A DNA stretch of 64,000 nt from positions 32,001-96,000 of IMG/VR virus record IMGVR_UViG_3300046777_001793, one strand, 5' to 3'. The DNA comes from a virus. This document shows positions 8,933 through 19,894 of this stretch, in pieces. The notes beneath the pieces are model-generated. The model searched no databases and had not been told where the DNA came from. It saw only the letters and a list, made by a program, of their open reading frames with translations. The translations under genes were made by a program, and so were the position numbers. Numbering within the stretch: the stretch's first letter is position 1; the number at the start of each line of letters is the position of its first letter.

Positions 8933-10549
8933 TTATAATGAACCACCTGTTAATGGGTTTCTCATAACAATCTTCAATACTTTAGTAGGATCTTCTACTT
9001 TGATTGCAGGCATTGCCTGTGTCATGTAGATTTGGTATCCGTTAAAGTTACCAGAAGATTGGAATCCTTGTGTTCTTCCCATGTAATCCATAGTACCGTT
9101 CACATATCTCCATTGTAACTCTTTGTTCCAAGCACATTTTAACAATTTGATGTTGTCACTTCCGTTTTCAGTAACATCAAAGATGATGAATGAATAAGAA
9201 GATAAACGGAATCCATCAATTAATGGGTTCTCAATCTCATTGTTTTGTAAGTTATCAAACGCTGGGTTCAATACAAACTTAATGTTTGCTAAGAAAGGAA
9301 TAGTGTAAGATGTGAAAGAGAATCCAAATCCTAAGTCCATTCCTGTGTTTGTTACAGCACCAAGTTCTTTAGCATTCATTACTAATCCTGAAGACATTGC
9401 TTCACGTTTGATAGCTTCATTGATCATTTTCATACCACCCATACCAGTTTGAACAATAAGTTCTCTTTGTGGATCTGGACCTTGGAAGTCAACTTTACCA
9501 TTGTAGAAGTTGAAGATCTCTGAACGGAATACATCTAAACGGAAATCAGCTTTGTTGTAAACGTGTTTGAAAGACAAGTCTAATTGTTTCCAAAGACCTA
9601 CAGACAATCTGATGTCATCTGGACCATCTTGCTTGATTCTACCACCTTTACCCCACATAAGGTAAGTTTCAATATCATAAGCAATTTTAGAAAGGTGAGC
9701 AGCTTCCATTTTAGTGATGAAAGATTTAACAAGGTTTCCATTGTCAATAGCTTTCTTCACATAGTCTTTACCTTTAGTAGCAACCATTCCTTCTAATGTG
9801 TTCACAGATGGATCAACATTTGTATCAAAGTTTTTCCAAATTTCCATTACTGGAACTGAACCATCAGCTTTCATACCACCCATTTCCATCAATTTAACTC
9901 TTGAAGAAACTGTGTAGTGTACGTGCGCATCTGCATTACCTACATAGTTGTAGAACTCACGAGTTGAATGAGTCATAGAAAGATCTGAATACTTCTCACC
10001 ATATTCTCCTTTAGCAGAACCTACTCTGAAGAAATAAGTTTGAGATGTCAAGAATTTATCAGCAGGGAAAACTCTTGTAGAGTCCAAGTTTGGCATTTGA
10101 ACTGTATAGATGAAACCATCACCTACATCCAAGATGTCAGCATCAGTAATGAATAATTCAATACCATTGAATTTATCATAAGTGATGATGTCACCATGTC
10201 CAAATGTTCTCTTGTTTAACTTGATGCGGAATGGAGTTCCATCTGCACCAATGTCAGAACCTGTTTCAATATTTTCAACTACGTATGGTAACTCTTCAGA
10301 AACTGGAGTAGTCCATTTGTACTCACCTCTTGGGTGGTTTACTTCAATTACGTTTTTACCGTTAAAAGAAGACATTTTGTACAATGGCATCTCTACTTTC
10401 TTAACCTGTGCCCATAACTCAATTGGTCCTAAATCATCAGGTTGTGCATCCTTCATCAAGTTCATCAAGTGAAATGAATCAACATGAGAAGTAGCTTGAT
10501 AACTGTTCTCTCTTAAAAAGAGGCCGTTATTTAAAACTGGTGTACTCAT
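8933..10549 (-). CDS. major capsid protein (crAss-like, HK97 fold)
   Basis: 538 aa; YLMWGKGG, GLWKQL, TGMGGM, FVLNPAFDN, SYSFIIFD motifs; terminase-portal-scaffold-MCP order. Confidence 0.85.
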   Translation of the reverse strand: MSTPVLNNGLFLRENSYQATSHVDSFHLMNLMKDAQPDDLGPIELWAQVKKVEMPLYKMSSFNGKNVIEVNHPRGEYKWTTPVSEELPYVVENIETGSDIGADGTPFRIKLNKRTFGHGDIITYDKFNGIELFITDADILDVGDGFIYTVQMPNLDSTRVFPADKFLTSQTYFFRVGSAKGEYGEKYSDLSMTHSTREFYNYVGNADAHVHYTVSSRVKLMEMGGMKADGSVPVMEIWKNFDTNVDPSVNTLEGMVATKGKDYVKKAIDNGNLVKSFITKMEAAHLSKIAYDIETYLMWGKGGRIKQDGPDDIRLSVGLWKQLDLSFKHVYNKADFRLDVFRSEIFNFYNGKVDFQGPDPQRELIVQTGMGGMKMINEAIKREAMSSGLVMNAKELGAVTNTGMDLGFGFSFTSYTIPFLANIKFVLNPAFDNLQNNEIENPLIDGFRLSSYSFIIFDVTENGSDNIKLLKCAWNKELQWRYVNGTMDYMGRTQGFQSSGNFNGYQIYMTQAMPAIKVEDPTKVLKIVMRNPLTGGSL

Positions 10550-10580
10550 TTTTATTTATTTATTTAATTGTGTTACTAAT

Positions 10581-11846
10581 TTATCTTGAGAAAATGCTTC
10601 TTCCTGTTCTCTGAATAGGAGCTTTCCTAGTTGCAGATGCAGGTTTATCATTTTGCTCTATTTGTGAACTTGATGCATTTCTGTTAGCACCTTGTTCTGT
10701 TCTTAACAGCCTTGCTGTTTTTTCATTTGTTGTTTTCTCAACAGTTTTCTTAATTGAGTCTTTATAGTTTACTGGATCTGCCAATAACCATAAAGCTTCA
10801 GCTACTAATGAGAAATTTGGATTTGGTCCAAATTGATGCTGCTCTAACAAATACCCTAACGCATTGGTTGGTTTACCTTCTGCTGTTTGGTATCTTGATG
10901 AATCTGTTAAACCGTAGTATAACATATTCTGAACTTTCTCATTTAAAGGAATACCATTCAAGTTTGCAGTTTGTAAAGTTTTAATTACAGTATTTGAATA
11001 CTGTTGTTTAGCTTGTTCTTTACGTGTTTTAGCTTCTTGTTGTTCTTTTAATTTTTCTTGAACAATTTCAGCTTGTTTTGCATCTAACTTCGGTTTATAC
11101 CTTTCAGCATATTTCTTTAAATCACCTCTGTCTTTAATTAGGTTAATCTCATCTTCTAATTCTTCAATAGAATCATAAGTTCCTAAAGCGTTATACCATT
11201 GTCTAATAATAGACTCTTGGTCTTCTTCTTTTTCAACATCAAGTTCAAATGTTTCATGAACTCTTGATAATTGTTGAAAAACAGCTTTAGTATCTTGACC
11301 ACCATCTAATGCATACTTAACTACAGCTTGAACATCTTCCGGCAAAGTTTTAAATAATTCTATTGGTGCTTCTTGAGCAACAGTAGAAATTTTGCTTTCA
11401 ATGTTTGCCTGAATTAATTCCTCAAAATCATCAACTGTATAATCAGCTAAAGCTTTCCCATCATCAAATGGAGCAAGAACGCCTTTTTCAATTAAGCGGT
11501 TTGCTGCTTCAACCATAGCATCTTTTACAAGCTTTGGTCTTCCACCTTTGTTTACTGGAGCATCATCTTCTTCTTGATCATCATTTAAATCTTCATCAAG
11601 AATCTGATCTGTTACAGCTTTAACAACATCTTCAGGTGCATCTTTAAGTTTATCTCCATCTAAATCATCATCCATAAAAGATAAATCTGGTTTAGAATCA
11701 GATAATACAGTTTTAGGTGCATCATCAGCTGTTGTAACAATTGAATCAGATAATCCTAGCAAGGCATCTAAATTGTCAAAGTCCACTTCTTGCACTTGCG
11801 CACTTGAAGCTGCAGCCGCTGCTGCTTGTTTTTCTTCTTCTGTCAT
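10581..11846 (-). CDS. acidic scaffold-like capsid assembly protein
   Basis: Asp/Glu-rich N-terminus and coiled coil, between portal and MCP. Confidence 0.65.
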   Translation of the reverse strand: MTEEEKQAAAAAASSAQVQEVDFDNLDALLGLSDSIVTTADDAPKTVLSDSKPDLSFMDDDLDGDKLKDAPEDVVKAVTDQILDEDLNDDQEEDDAPVNKGGRPKLVKDAMVEAANRLIEKGVLAPFDDGKALADYTVDDFEELIQANIESKISTVAQEAPIELFKTLPEDVQAVVKYALDGGQDTKAVFQQLSRVHETFELDVEKEEDQESIIRQWYNALGTYDSIEELEDEINLIKDRGDLKKYAERYKPKLDAKQAEIVQEKLKEQQEAKTRKEQAKQQYSNTVIKTLQTANLNGIPLNEKVQNMLYYGLTDSSRYQTAEGKPTNALGYLLEQHQFGPNPNFSLVAEALWLLADPVNYKDSIKKTVEKTTNEKTARLLRTEQGANRNASSSQIEQNDKPASATRKAPIQRTGRSIFSR

Positions 11847-11982
11847 GTTTTTTTTGTTGGTTGGTTATTAACTGACTATATATAATATAAACAAATTTAT
11901 TTGATTTTAAATATAATATGTTTAACTATTTTAGGTTTAAAAAAAATTTTTGTGGATTATATGACAATAATCCACAAAAACA

Positions 11983-14721
11983 TTACTTATTAGGTTTTTT
12001 CCCATCATATTTATTCTTGTTCTCACGCGCAATGGCAAATTCAATTTGCTTATTTCTTTGGTCTGCCATTAACTTTTCTTTCTCAAGGTCTAATTTTTGT
12101 TGAGCTAATGAATTTTTACTAGATTCTTTTTCCTTGTTAAAATTCATTGTTTCTTTATATTGTTCAGATTGTTGTACTTGTTTTAAAGCATCCATGTAAT
12201 CTGATTGTTGGTTTTGGTTAACATCTTGCATAGCACCGTATCCAGCAGATTTAATTTCAGCTTCAAGTAATCTTGCTCTACGGTCTTTTTCTTTCTCTCT
12301 TGACTCATGATCAAACTCCATTTGCTGTTCTTGTTTTCTTGCTTGAATTTCAGCTTCTTGCATTTGTCTTTCTTGTTCAGCTTGTTGTTGTCTTTGTTCA
12401 TCAGCTTTCTTCTCAATAACTTTAAGAGCATTGTTAAGAGTTCCAATAGAATCAGCTTGCATGATTTTACCTAAATCATAAATACTTGCACCTGTTGTAT
12501 TATTTGTCATAAACAACTGTTTTAATTGCTCAAGTATTGTTCTTTGATTTGCATTGGTCTGACAATATACATTGATGTCTGCTAATAATAAATCAGTACC
12601 ATTTATTTCAAAATTGGTTCTTTCATCATCAGCAGTCATTCCTTTTAACTTAATTACTCCTTCACTTGATAAATAGAATTGAGCAAGGTCTGTTCTCATT
12701 CTATGTACTCTTGGCATTAAGTGGTCACAGAATTGTGAGAAATAAACTTCTGTTTGAACGTAAGATGCACTAACAGCTTGTTCTACTCCTGTAGCAGTAT
12801 TAATTTGCCCCATTTGCATTCCCATACGTTGTGGTGTTAAACCAATTATTTCCATTGCTTGTTGCTTGAAATAATTAGCCAACTGTATTCTACCCAATAA
12901 TCTATTTGTTTGCTCAAGATTTAATTGTTGGTAGTGTTGGAAGTTTGTTGGACTTTCTGTATTTGCTATACTAGGATCTAACGGTAACATTGAAAAGTCT
13001 TTCATTGCTACATACGCTTTAGCAAGATTTGCTCTACCCCAATCTTCACCCATAGAATGTTTTGGTAAAGCATTTTGGTCAAGTACCACTACTGTTCCAA
13101 TCTCATCAATAAGTATATCAGAAATTTGATTGTTTACAATATTAAATCCAATTTGTGCTGGTTTAAGTAAATCTACAACAGACATAGACTTACTATTTCT
13201 ATCAGAGAAAACTCTACCTTCAATTGGAAGTTTTGCACCATACATTGTGCTGTCACCTTTGAACTGAAATTTTAATGGACCAGGTGTAGGTTTATCAATA
13301 CCAATATAAATTGGATCAAAATCAGAATCAGTTGTAGAATTAAAAATAGTTCTGTTGTTTCCTATCTTAACACCACCCCATACTTGATTAATCCATATCC
13401 ATTCAATATGATCTCCAAAAATTAAATTTTCAGCAGTCTTATTTTTATTAAATGTGTTGTTATATAATGGTTTATTATGTGTCTTGTAGTTCTCATCAAC
13501 TATATCTGTAAATACTCCACCATCTTCTCCAATAGATGTCAAGTAACCAACTTTACGTTGTGTTTTCCAATATGCTGTAGTAACACGTAACATACCAGCA
13601 TTATTCAACAATCCTGTGTGTTCACTTTGTCCTACAATCCATGAAACAATATCATGTGTATCATAATGGTTATCCAAGAAAGATAAGTGTCTTTTCATAT
13701 CAACACCAGACTTTCTATTATGCTCATAAGTAGAATCAGAATCATACAATGAACCATCATTAGGAATACCATCCATCATAAATCTAGCAGAACGTGCTGG
13801 ATGTAATAATTCTAATGTTTGAATTTGTTCATCAGTCATTATGTAACCAAACTTATCAATAACATCTGCTATTGTAAGCATTTCAATAAATCCAGCCCAG
13901 TTAGCTTGAGAAATATATTGAACATTTGGTGACTTATGGTAAAATGTTAATGGTGGATTTAATACTTCAATATCATAATCAGTATCAAACATTCTAAAAT
14001 GAAAAAATGCTGAATCTGTAATTATCATATCTCTAAATGCTAATTCTTCTAACTCATCCATTGAAAATCTATTGACATCAATGTTATGTTGTTTAGCAGC
14101 CCATTGTTCAGAAAGTGTTTGGTATTTTTTAGAATAAAACTCTGAAATTTCTGGAAGTTGTTTTATAGCATCAGGGTTTAATTTTTCTTGTGCTTGTGGA
14201 GAATTAGGATCTAATCCCATCTTTAATAATTCCTGTAACATTTTTGCTTTGGCATCTTCAATAAGAGCATTTGCTAAAGCTTCAGTTTTTTTCTCCATTA
14301 TTTCATTATAGGAATACTCATCAATTGCTCTATAGTCAATCTTAGTATTTCTTTTAGCAAACTCTGAAGTTAGTACATTTACAATGTTAGGAATAATAGG
14401 ATAAAATTTAAGTTCTAATGCTGAATCTTCGTGGTATTGTGTTAACACATCAACCATCTCTGCATATTCATTTTGTTCTGAAGGAATGTAATCTGATTTA
14501 TCAATTGTACCTTTTGCAAGTTTGTAGTTTTTCATTAACCTTCTAGCTTTACCAAAGATTTGTTTGATTCCCTGCCACTCCATCCAATCAAGATTATGTC
14601 TTGTCCACTCATCATCTTTTTCACTAACTGGTAAAAATTGTATAGGTTGAGTAAAGACACCAAACTTATTGTTTTTAGTCTTCTTACCTTTTTTTATACT
14701 TAAAGCATTAATTACTTCCAT
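11983..14721 (-). CDS. portal protein (crAss-like)
   Basis: 912 aa; YPIIPNIVNVL, WIWINQVWGGVKIG, GLTPQRMG; long coiled-coil tail; follows terminase. Confidence 0.85.
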   Translation of the reverse strand: MEVINALSIKKGKKTKNNKFGVFTQPIQFLPVSEKDDEWTRHNLDWMEWQGIKQIFGKARRLMKNYKLAKGTIDKSDYIPSEQNEYAEMVDVLTQYHEDSALELKFYPIIPNIVNVLTSEFAKRNTKIDYRAIDEYSYNEIMEKKTEALANALIEDAKAKMLQELLKMGLDPNSPQAQEKLNPDAIKQLPEISEFYSKKYQTLSEQWAAKQHNIDVNRFSMDELEELAFRDMIITDSAFFHFRMFDTDYDIEVLNPPLTFYHKSPNVQYISQANWAGFIEMLTIADVIDKFGYIMTDEQIQTLELLHPARSARFMMDGIPNDGSLYDSDSTYEHNRKSGVDMKRHLSFLDNHYDTHDIVSWIVGQSEHTGLLNNAGMLRVTTAYWKTQRKVGYLTSIGEDGGVFTDIVDENYKTHNKPLYNNTFNKNKTAENLIFGDHIEWIWINQVWGGVKIGNNRTIFNSTTDSDFDPIYIGIDKPTPGPLKFQFKGDSTMYGAKLPIEGRVFSDRNSKSMSVVDLLKPAQIGFNIVNNQISDILIDEIGTVVVLDQNALPKHSMGEDWGRANLAKAYVAMKDFSMLPLDPSIANTESPTNFQHYQQLNLEQTNRLLGRIQLANYFKQQAMEIIGLTPQRMGMQMGQINTATGVEQAVSASYVQTEVYFSQFCDHLMPRVHRMRTDLAQFYLSSEGVIKLKGMTADDERTNFEINGTDLLLADINVYCQTNANQRTILEQLKQLFMTNNTTGASIYDLGKIMQADSIGTLNNALKVIEKKADEQRQQQAEQERQMQEAEIQARKQEQQMEFDHESREKEKDRRARLLEAEIKSAGYGAMQDVNQNQQSDYMDALKQVQQSEQYKETMNFNKEKESSKNSLAQQKLDLEKEKLMADQRNKQIEFAIARENKNKYDGKKPNK

Positions 14722-16946
14722 TATCTAATATTTTTAAAAGGGTTTCTTACTCTTACACTTGTATTTCCAGCATAGGAACTTTTACCCAAATTTTTAAAAG
14801 GTGATCTATTTAATTTACTGAATTTTTCTGAATTATCCAAATGACGGTCATCTTCATACTCAATACGTTTCTTAATACCTCTACCTGATTCTTGAATTTT
14901 AACAAAGGTAATCAAAGCACCCAAAGAAACCAACCTATCCACGTTGACTCCTGGTTGATATGCTTCCATTTCAATCATGGCCATTTTGTCCGGTATTCTA
15001 CTAATTCCATAAAGTGTTTTGAATACTTTACCATTGTCATCTTTCTCAACATCTAATTCTTCCTTAATAAACTCAATAAGGTAACTTAACATTGTGCTTT
15101 TAAAGATGGTAGATACGTTTCTCCAACCATAAGTTTGAAACTGTGTTTTAGATTGCTGTATCTCTTTTGATAAAACCATTTGGGTAGAAGGAACAAGATA
15201 TTTTTGCTTTTTCTTAAATTGCATGTATTGAATAAATAAACCTACGTTATTTTCAACCAATGTCCAAGCATCATACCATTGAATAATTAATTCTAATTGT
15301 TCATGGGTTTTATTAATATCATCATATCTACCACACCATGCTGCAACTATTTTACCACCCTCTACAAATGTTTCTATTTCTCCATGAACTGAACGCTGTA
15401 CCAACACAGGATTCTTGTAAACATAAATAGAACATAATGATTCAGATGTTACAGTTTTACCCTCACCTACTGGATCGACAGATGCATAATAAGTTGTACA
15501 AAATTCTCTGTCTTCATCAGGTAATTCCCATACTTGAATAGCACCGGTTTTGTCTTCAGCATTTTTTGGAATTGGAAATTCTGTAATTGGAGCTTTTTTA
15601 GTTAACTCTGCAACAACCTCTCCGGTATTAGAAAAAGCTAATTTATATGTTTGAAAAGGATATAATCCTTCCTCAATGTCACGTTTATTTGTCTTTACAA
15701 CTTGTAATGGAAATATACTTTCTCCTCTATATGCAAATGCTTCTTCTAATGTAGTTGGATGCTGTGATACACGTAATTGATAGATTTCAGGATCTAAATC
15801 TTTCTTCCATTTTATCCTGTTTCTTTCACAAGCTTCTAATGCTTCTTCTACAAGTGAATTACCAAACTCATCAATATATGGCGGCATTGACCATTGCTCT
15901 GGTATAAACATACCTGTATATGCAACAGTTCCTTTGTCATCCATGTATTTATTTCTTACAGAATAAAAATCATTTGCTTCTGGAGCATACATGAATTTTT
16001 TCAAAGGTTCACATTGATCTAAGTCACCCACAGAACCAGCTGCACAAAATAAACCTGTAGTTAAATCTCCTGACTCAAATGCTGGGCGCATGAACTCATA
16101 AGTTTTATCCATGGTTTTTGCTACACCGGCTTCTTCATAAAAAAACAAGGTACATAAACCCCCTACACCTGCTGTATCTGATTGCTCAAAAGATGTAGCT
16201 TTAAGAACACCTTTTCTACCTTTTTCAGTTTTTCTACCATTTTCTACATACTCAATTTTTTGTTGCCATCCCCCAACATTACCTGGGTTCATTGGTCTAT
16301 ACCATGCAGTATGCTCATTTAAGAAGTTTCTATATTCTTGTAAGATTTTCCAAGTACCTGTTTCTCCTGTTACGTATGCACTAAGAGATGCACCAATTTT
16401 TAATACTGGTGATTGTTCAAACCAAAGGATATTAATCAGTTTAGCAGCGTGGTATAATGAAGAACCAAACTGTCTTTTCTTTAATGTTACAGCGTGTTTA
16501 TAATTTAATTCTGCTAACCAATTGTATAATGCTAAATGTAACTGACCATCCCAAATATCAGTAAAGTCATCTTTCTTTTTCTTTTTATCTTGAATCTTCA
16601 CAAAATTTATGAAGAAATAATAATCTCTTGGTAAATACCAACTTTTTCCATTATTGGTAAAGAATGCTCCTTTTCTTGATTTTAATTTTTCAGCATCCCA
16701 ATATTTAATGAAATCTCTTGTTCCATCAAGAGCATCACAATAATATCCTTCTTTTTTAAAATATAAAGCTGGAGCTTGAAACATTTTAACTGTTTCATCA
16801 AACGCATATTCTCCAGGTTCTTTAAAATAATTATTTTCTAAATCTTTGGTAAAAGTTTCTCTTGACTCATAAGATTTGTAAGTCCATACCCCATTGTCAT
16901 AATGAGGTATGTCTTCATAGATTTCACCTAAATCATCATTCTTCAT
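14721..16946 (-). CDS. terL: terminase large subunit
   Basis: Walker A-like LKKRQFGSS, Walker B FFYEEAG, nuclease motifs SVDPV and NVDRLVS. Confidence 0.9.
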   Translation of the reverse strand: MKNDDLGEIYEDIPHYDNGVWTYKSYESRETFTKDLENNYFKEPGEYAFDETVKMFQAPALYFKKEGYYCDALDGTRDFIKYWDAEKLKSRKGAFFTNNGKSWYLPRDYYFFINFVKIQDKKKKKDDFTDIWDGQLHLALYNWLAELNYKHAVTLKKRQFGSSLYHAAKLINILWFEQSPVLKIGASLSAYVTGETGTWKILQEYRNFLNEHTAWYRPMNPGNVGGWQQKIEYVENGRKTEKGRKGVLKATSFEQSDTAGVGGLCTLFFYEEAGVAKTMDKTYEFMRPAFESGDLTTGLFCAAGSVGDLDQCEPLKKFMYAPEANDFYSVRNKYMDDKGTVAYTGMFIPEQWSMPPYIDEFGNSLVEEALEACERNRIKWKKDLDPEIYQLRVSQHPTTLEEAFAYRGESIFPLQVVKTNKRDIEEGLYPFQTYKLAFSNTGEVVAELTKKAPITEFPIPKNAEDKTGAIQVWELPDEDREFCTTYYASVDPVGEGKTVTSESLCSIYVYKNPVLVQRSVHGEIETFVEGGKIVAAWCGRYDDINKTHEQLELIIQWYDAWTLVENNVGLFIQYMQFKKKQKYLVPSTQMVLSKEIQQSKTQFQTYGWRNVSTIFKSTMLSYLIEFIKEELDVEKDDNGKVFKTLYGISRIPDKMAMIEMEAYQPGVNVDRLVSLGALITFVKIQESGRGIKKRIEYEDDRHLDNSEKFSKLNRSPFKNLGKSSYAGNTSVRVRNPFKNIR

Positions 16947-16948
16947 AA

Positions 16949-17461
16949 TTAATCATCATAACTTAAACGTGAACCACCTCTTGCTCTTGATGATTGTTCT
17001 TCTTCTAAATCCTTGGCAACACCTTTAAAAGATTTACGGATATTATCAAAGTTTTTAGCTGCTTGAACAATAGCAGAAATATTACCATCTCTACCATCAG
17101 AAATATCTTGAGTTTCTAAATATAACGCAAGTTTATCAAGCATAGTAGCAAAACCATTATATGCCCTAACAGTAGGAGTTTCATATAAATCTTTTGCTTT
17201 ATCTAACGCTTTAACAATTAATGGATCTTCTACTGAAAAATCAGCACCTAAATCTCTAAGTATTTCAATATCCAAATCTTCTGACGGTCTATTAAAATAA
17301 GGATTTTCTGCACTTCTACATGACATGTAGAAAACAAATGCCAATATTTTTAAGTAGTTATCAGGATAGTTATCTATGACTTCCTTAAACTGTTTTATGT
17401 TATAACAATGTTCTGTTGCTAAAACTTTATCTCCACGTAATTCAAATAATTTAATGCTCAT
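16949..17461 (-). CDS. conserved protein upstream of terminase (small terminase candidate)
   Basis: Position; helical protein ending RARGG. Confidence 0.45.
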   Translation of the reverse strand: MSIKLFELRGDKVLATEHCYNIKQFKEVIDNYPDNYLKILAFVFYMSCRSAENPYFNRPSEDLDIEILRDLGADFSVEDPLIVKALDKAKDLYETPTVRAYNGFATMLDKLALYLETQDISDGRDGNISAIVQAAKNFDNIRKSFKGVAKDLEEEQSSRARGGSRLSYDD

Positions 17462-18287
17462 TTTTCTTTAATTTATGGCGGTTAATTTTTAAATAATTAA
17501 ATAATGCATTTACTTCCTTTTTTAAATAAGGAACAGCATGAGGTGTTACAGCTTTTACAATAGGATTATTATCCTTATCTAATTTTGTAACAGGATAACC
17601 ATTTTTATCAATATGGTCAATTTCAAACTCTATATGTTCAATTTGCATAATTCCTGGTTCTAAATTATAATTATGCTTTAACATCATGAACATGTAGATT
17701 GAAAGTTGTAAAGAGTAATCATTAAAATTACAGTCATCTAAATGTGACAAAGGACCAAGCATTTTTTTAGTCTTTGTTCCCATTTTAAATCCTTCTTTTT
17801 TAATCTCTTTATTAGTTTTAAAGTCATACAAATCAATTGTATCACCAACAACTTCAACTCTATCTGCTTGTCCACATATACCTGCTGATTTTAAATATAT
17901 AAAATGTTCAGGATATATTCCAGGAACTAATGCTTGTTCAGGAGCAATTTTTACAGGTCCATCCATTAAAGGATGAATTATTGGTAAATCTAATCCCCTA
18001 CGTGTAATTGTATTACAAGACAAAATATCTTTTTCTCTTTGGTCATGATACCAAGAACCTAATGTTACAGCTCTAGTGTTTTCTGCTTTCCAAATTGCTC
18101 TAATTTCTTCAGGAGTTTTACCGCAATACTTAGGGTTCTTTCCTTTAGAACATGATTCAGACATTTTGATTTCATCAAAAGGTTCTTTAAAAAAGTGGAT
18201 AAGTCTTGTAACACTTATCCAGTCTATATTATCAGATGCATCTATACTTTCATATTTATGCTCATCTGCGTAAAATTTAATTGCCAT
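17451..18287 (-). CDS. PD-(D/E)xK (Cas4/RecB-like) nuclease
   Basis: SVTRLI, G.WYH, PEH, GQAD, DFKTN, YSLQLSIY motifs. Confidence 0.8.
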   Translation of the reverse strand: MAIKFYADEHKYESIDASDNIDWISVTRLIHFFKEPFDEIKMSESCSKGKNPKYCGKTPEEIRAIWKAENTRAVTLGSWYHDQREKDILSCNTITRRGLDLPIIHPLMDGPVKIAPEQALVPGIYPEHFIYLKSAGICGQADRVEVVGDTIDLYDFKTNKEIKKEGFKMGTKTKKMLGPLSHLDDCNFNDYSLQLSIYMFMMLKHNYNLEPGIMQIEHIEFEIDHIDKNGYPVTKLDKDNNPIVKAVTPHAVPYLKKEVNALFNYLKINRHKLKKNEH

Positions 18288-18288
18288 A

Positions 18289-18585
18289 TTACTTATCTTG
18301 TAAATTTTTATATATTATTTCTCTTGCCATTCTTGCAGTTTCAAAATCAGAACTATGTAACATTGATTTTAATTTAAAATACTGTTTACTAGTAATTATT
18401 TCTAATGCCAGAATATCTCCAAGATTTTCAAAAACTGTATCAGCTATTGACTTAGTAATTGATGCTGATGCTGATGCCATATCTATAGATATTGGTTTAT
18501 TCATTTTATGAATATAAATTAAATCGCTTGCACTCATTCCATTAGGAATTGAGTTTACATCTATTACAGCACTATTCTGGAACAT
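18289..18585 (-). CDS. hypothetical protein
   Basis: ORF coupled to neighbours. Confidence 0.5.
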   Translation of the reverse strand: MFQNSAVIDVNSIPNGMSASDLIYIHKMNKPISIDMASASASITKSIADTVFENLGDILALEIITSKQYFKLKSMLHSSDFETARMAREIIYKNLQDK

Positions 18586-18889
18586 CTTCTCTTAATTTTT
18601 GCTGTAACAAATACTCTTCTTCAAATGTAAGGACTGGTTTCCATTTAGGTTCAGATAAAGGACATTCTGATGAAAGAGAACGTACTTTTAATTTTAATGA
18701 ACATCCACAATGACCACAACAAGGCCCTGATCCTGGAACAGCACACTCACCATCATAATTTACACATCCTTTACAAAATGCTAATCTTTCTTGAGCAATT
18801 TCTTCAATGTGATCAGTTTTAAAGATATTGTTTTTAATACCTTCAATAATCTGATTTCTATTCTTCCATATTTTTATTACGTTTTTCAT
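18572..18889 (-). CDS. Cys-rich zinc-binding protein
   Basis: RLAFCKGC...CGHCGC..KLKVRSLSSECP..KW. Confidence 0.6.
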   Translation of the reverse strand: MKNVIKIWKNRNQIIEGIKNNIFKTDHIEEIAQERLAFCKGCVNYDGECAVPGSGPCCGHCGCSLKLKVRSLSSECPLSEPKWKPVLTFEEEYLLQQKLREDVPE

Positions 18890-19223
18890 ACAATGGTCTA
18901 TAATAATTATTACATCTTTCTAAAGCTTCTTCTAATTTAAATTGCATCTCTTTATTATAATTATACTTAACAAGTTTTTTAAAGTCATCCGGCTCTTTAC
19001 TTGCTAGTAATTTTTTTAAGAACTCTAATTTAAATTTTAATTTCTTTCTGCTAATCTTAAATATTCCAAAATTGTGAACTAAAAGAGTTGGGTGTTCTAA
19101 TGATTCAACTTTCTTTTTTAAAGTATCATAATAAAAATCTACTACATCTTTTACCAATTCTTCAGAAAGACCTAACTCTTTTGCAGTTTCAGGAATTAAT
19201 TTATTTGCCTTGGTTGGTGTCAT
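18858..19223 (-). CDS. HU/IHF-like DNA-binding protein
   Basis: LIPETAKELGLSEELVKDVVDFYY...LLVHNFGIFKI. Confidence 0.6.
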   Translation of the reverse strand: MTPTKANKLIPETAKELGLSEELVKDVVDFYYDTLKKKVESLEHPTLLVHNFGIFKISRKKLKFKLEFLKKLLASKEPDDFKKLVKYNYNKEMQFKLEEALERCNNYYRPLYEKRNKNMEE

Positions 19224-19575
19224 GGTGATACACTTTTAAATTCAATACAATTGTTCCCTCTGTTAAAATTGACAACTCACTATTTAATGTTATTGTCTTG
19301 TTTCCCATTCCACTTCTTACAACTAAATTGTCTTTGATGCATTTTACCATAAAATTTCTTGCAGTTTGCACATTTCCAAATATTCCTTCTGTAACAGTTT
19401 GCTCACAAAAATCAGAAAGAAACATACTTCCATACATTCCCAATAAAGCAAGGCAGTCCTGTTGAGCAGGACTTAACCTTATTTTATTTAGAAAACAATG
19501 CATGTTAATTTGATATTTAATAATATCAAGCATTGTCATTGGAACAATCTTATTGATCACTTTCGCTGTTGCCAT
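19201..19575 (-). CDS. putative winged-helix protein
   Basis: LSPAQQDCLALL...QTARNFMVKCIKDNLV pattern. Confidence 0.45.
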   Translation of the reverse strand: MATAKVINKIVPMTMLDIIKYQINMHCFLNKIRLSPAQQDCLALLGMYGSMFLSDFCEQTVTEGIFGNVQTARNFMVKCIKDNLVVRSGMGNKTITLNSELSILTEGTIVLNLKVYHHDTNQGK

Positions 19576-19792
19576 TTTCCTCTGGTTTTTCTTGTACTGA
19601 TAACTGTAACTGAATGAATTTCACTCTGTTTTCTAATTGTCTAAATTTAGCTTCTTCAATGTCTGCTTTTAAAGTTTCATACTTTTTTTGTGCTTCTAAA
19701 AAAGGTAATTGCTCTTTATAGAATTTAAGCATGTTTTCTTTATATGCTTTAATCTCTTCAGCTGTTGGTTCTTGGTTGGTGTTTTCTGACAT
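19550..19792 (-). CDS. small coiled-coil protein
   Basis: First gene after the TAnnTTTG element at 19820-19827. Confidence 0.55.
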   Translation of the reverse strand: MSENTNQEPTAEEIKAYKENMLKFYKEQLPFLEAQKKYETLKADIEEAKFRQLENRVKFIQLQLSVQEKPEENGNSESDQ

Positions 19793-19849
19793 GATTTAAC
19801 TTTTAAATGTTTAACACTACAAATATATAATTATTTTCTATATAAAAAA

Positions 19850-19873
19850 AAGCACCCCATTTGGAGTGCTTTA
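19850..19873 (-). terminator. intrinsic terminator after lysis cassette
   Basis: AAGCAC...GTGCTT stem with A-run on its left. Confidence 0.55.
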
Positions 19874-19894
19874 ACTTTTGACATATTGATTGAT

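Noticed and set aside
11983-16946. Introns or inteins in portal or terminase
   Set aside because: Both frames are continuous with no intein or intron motifs seen
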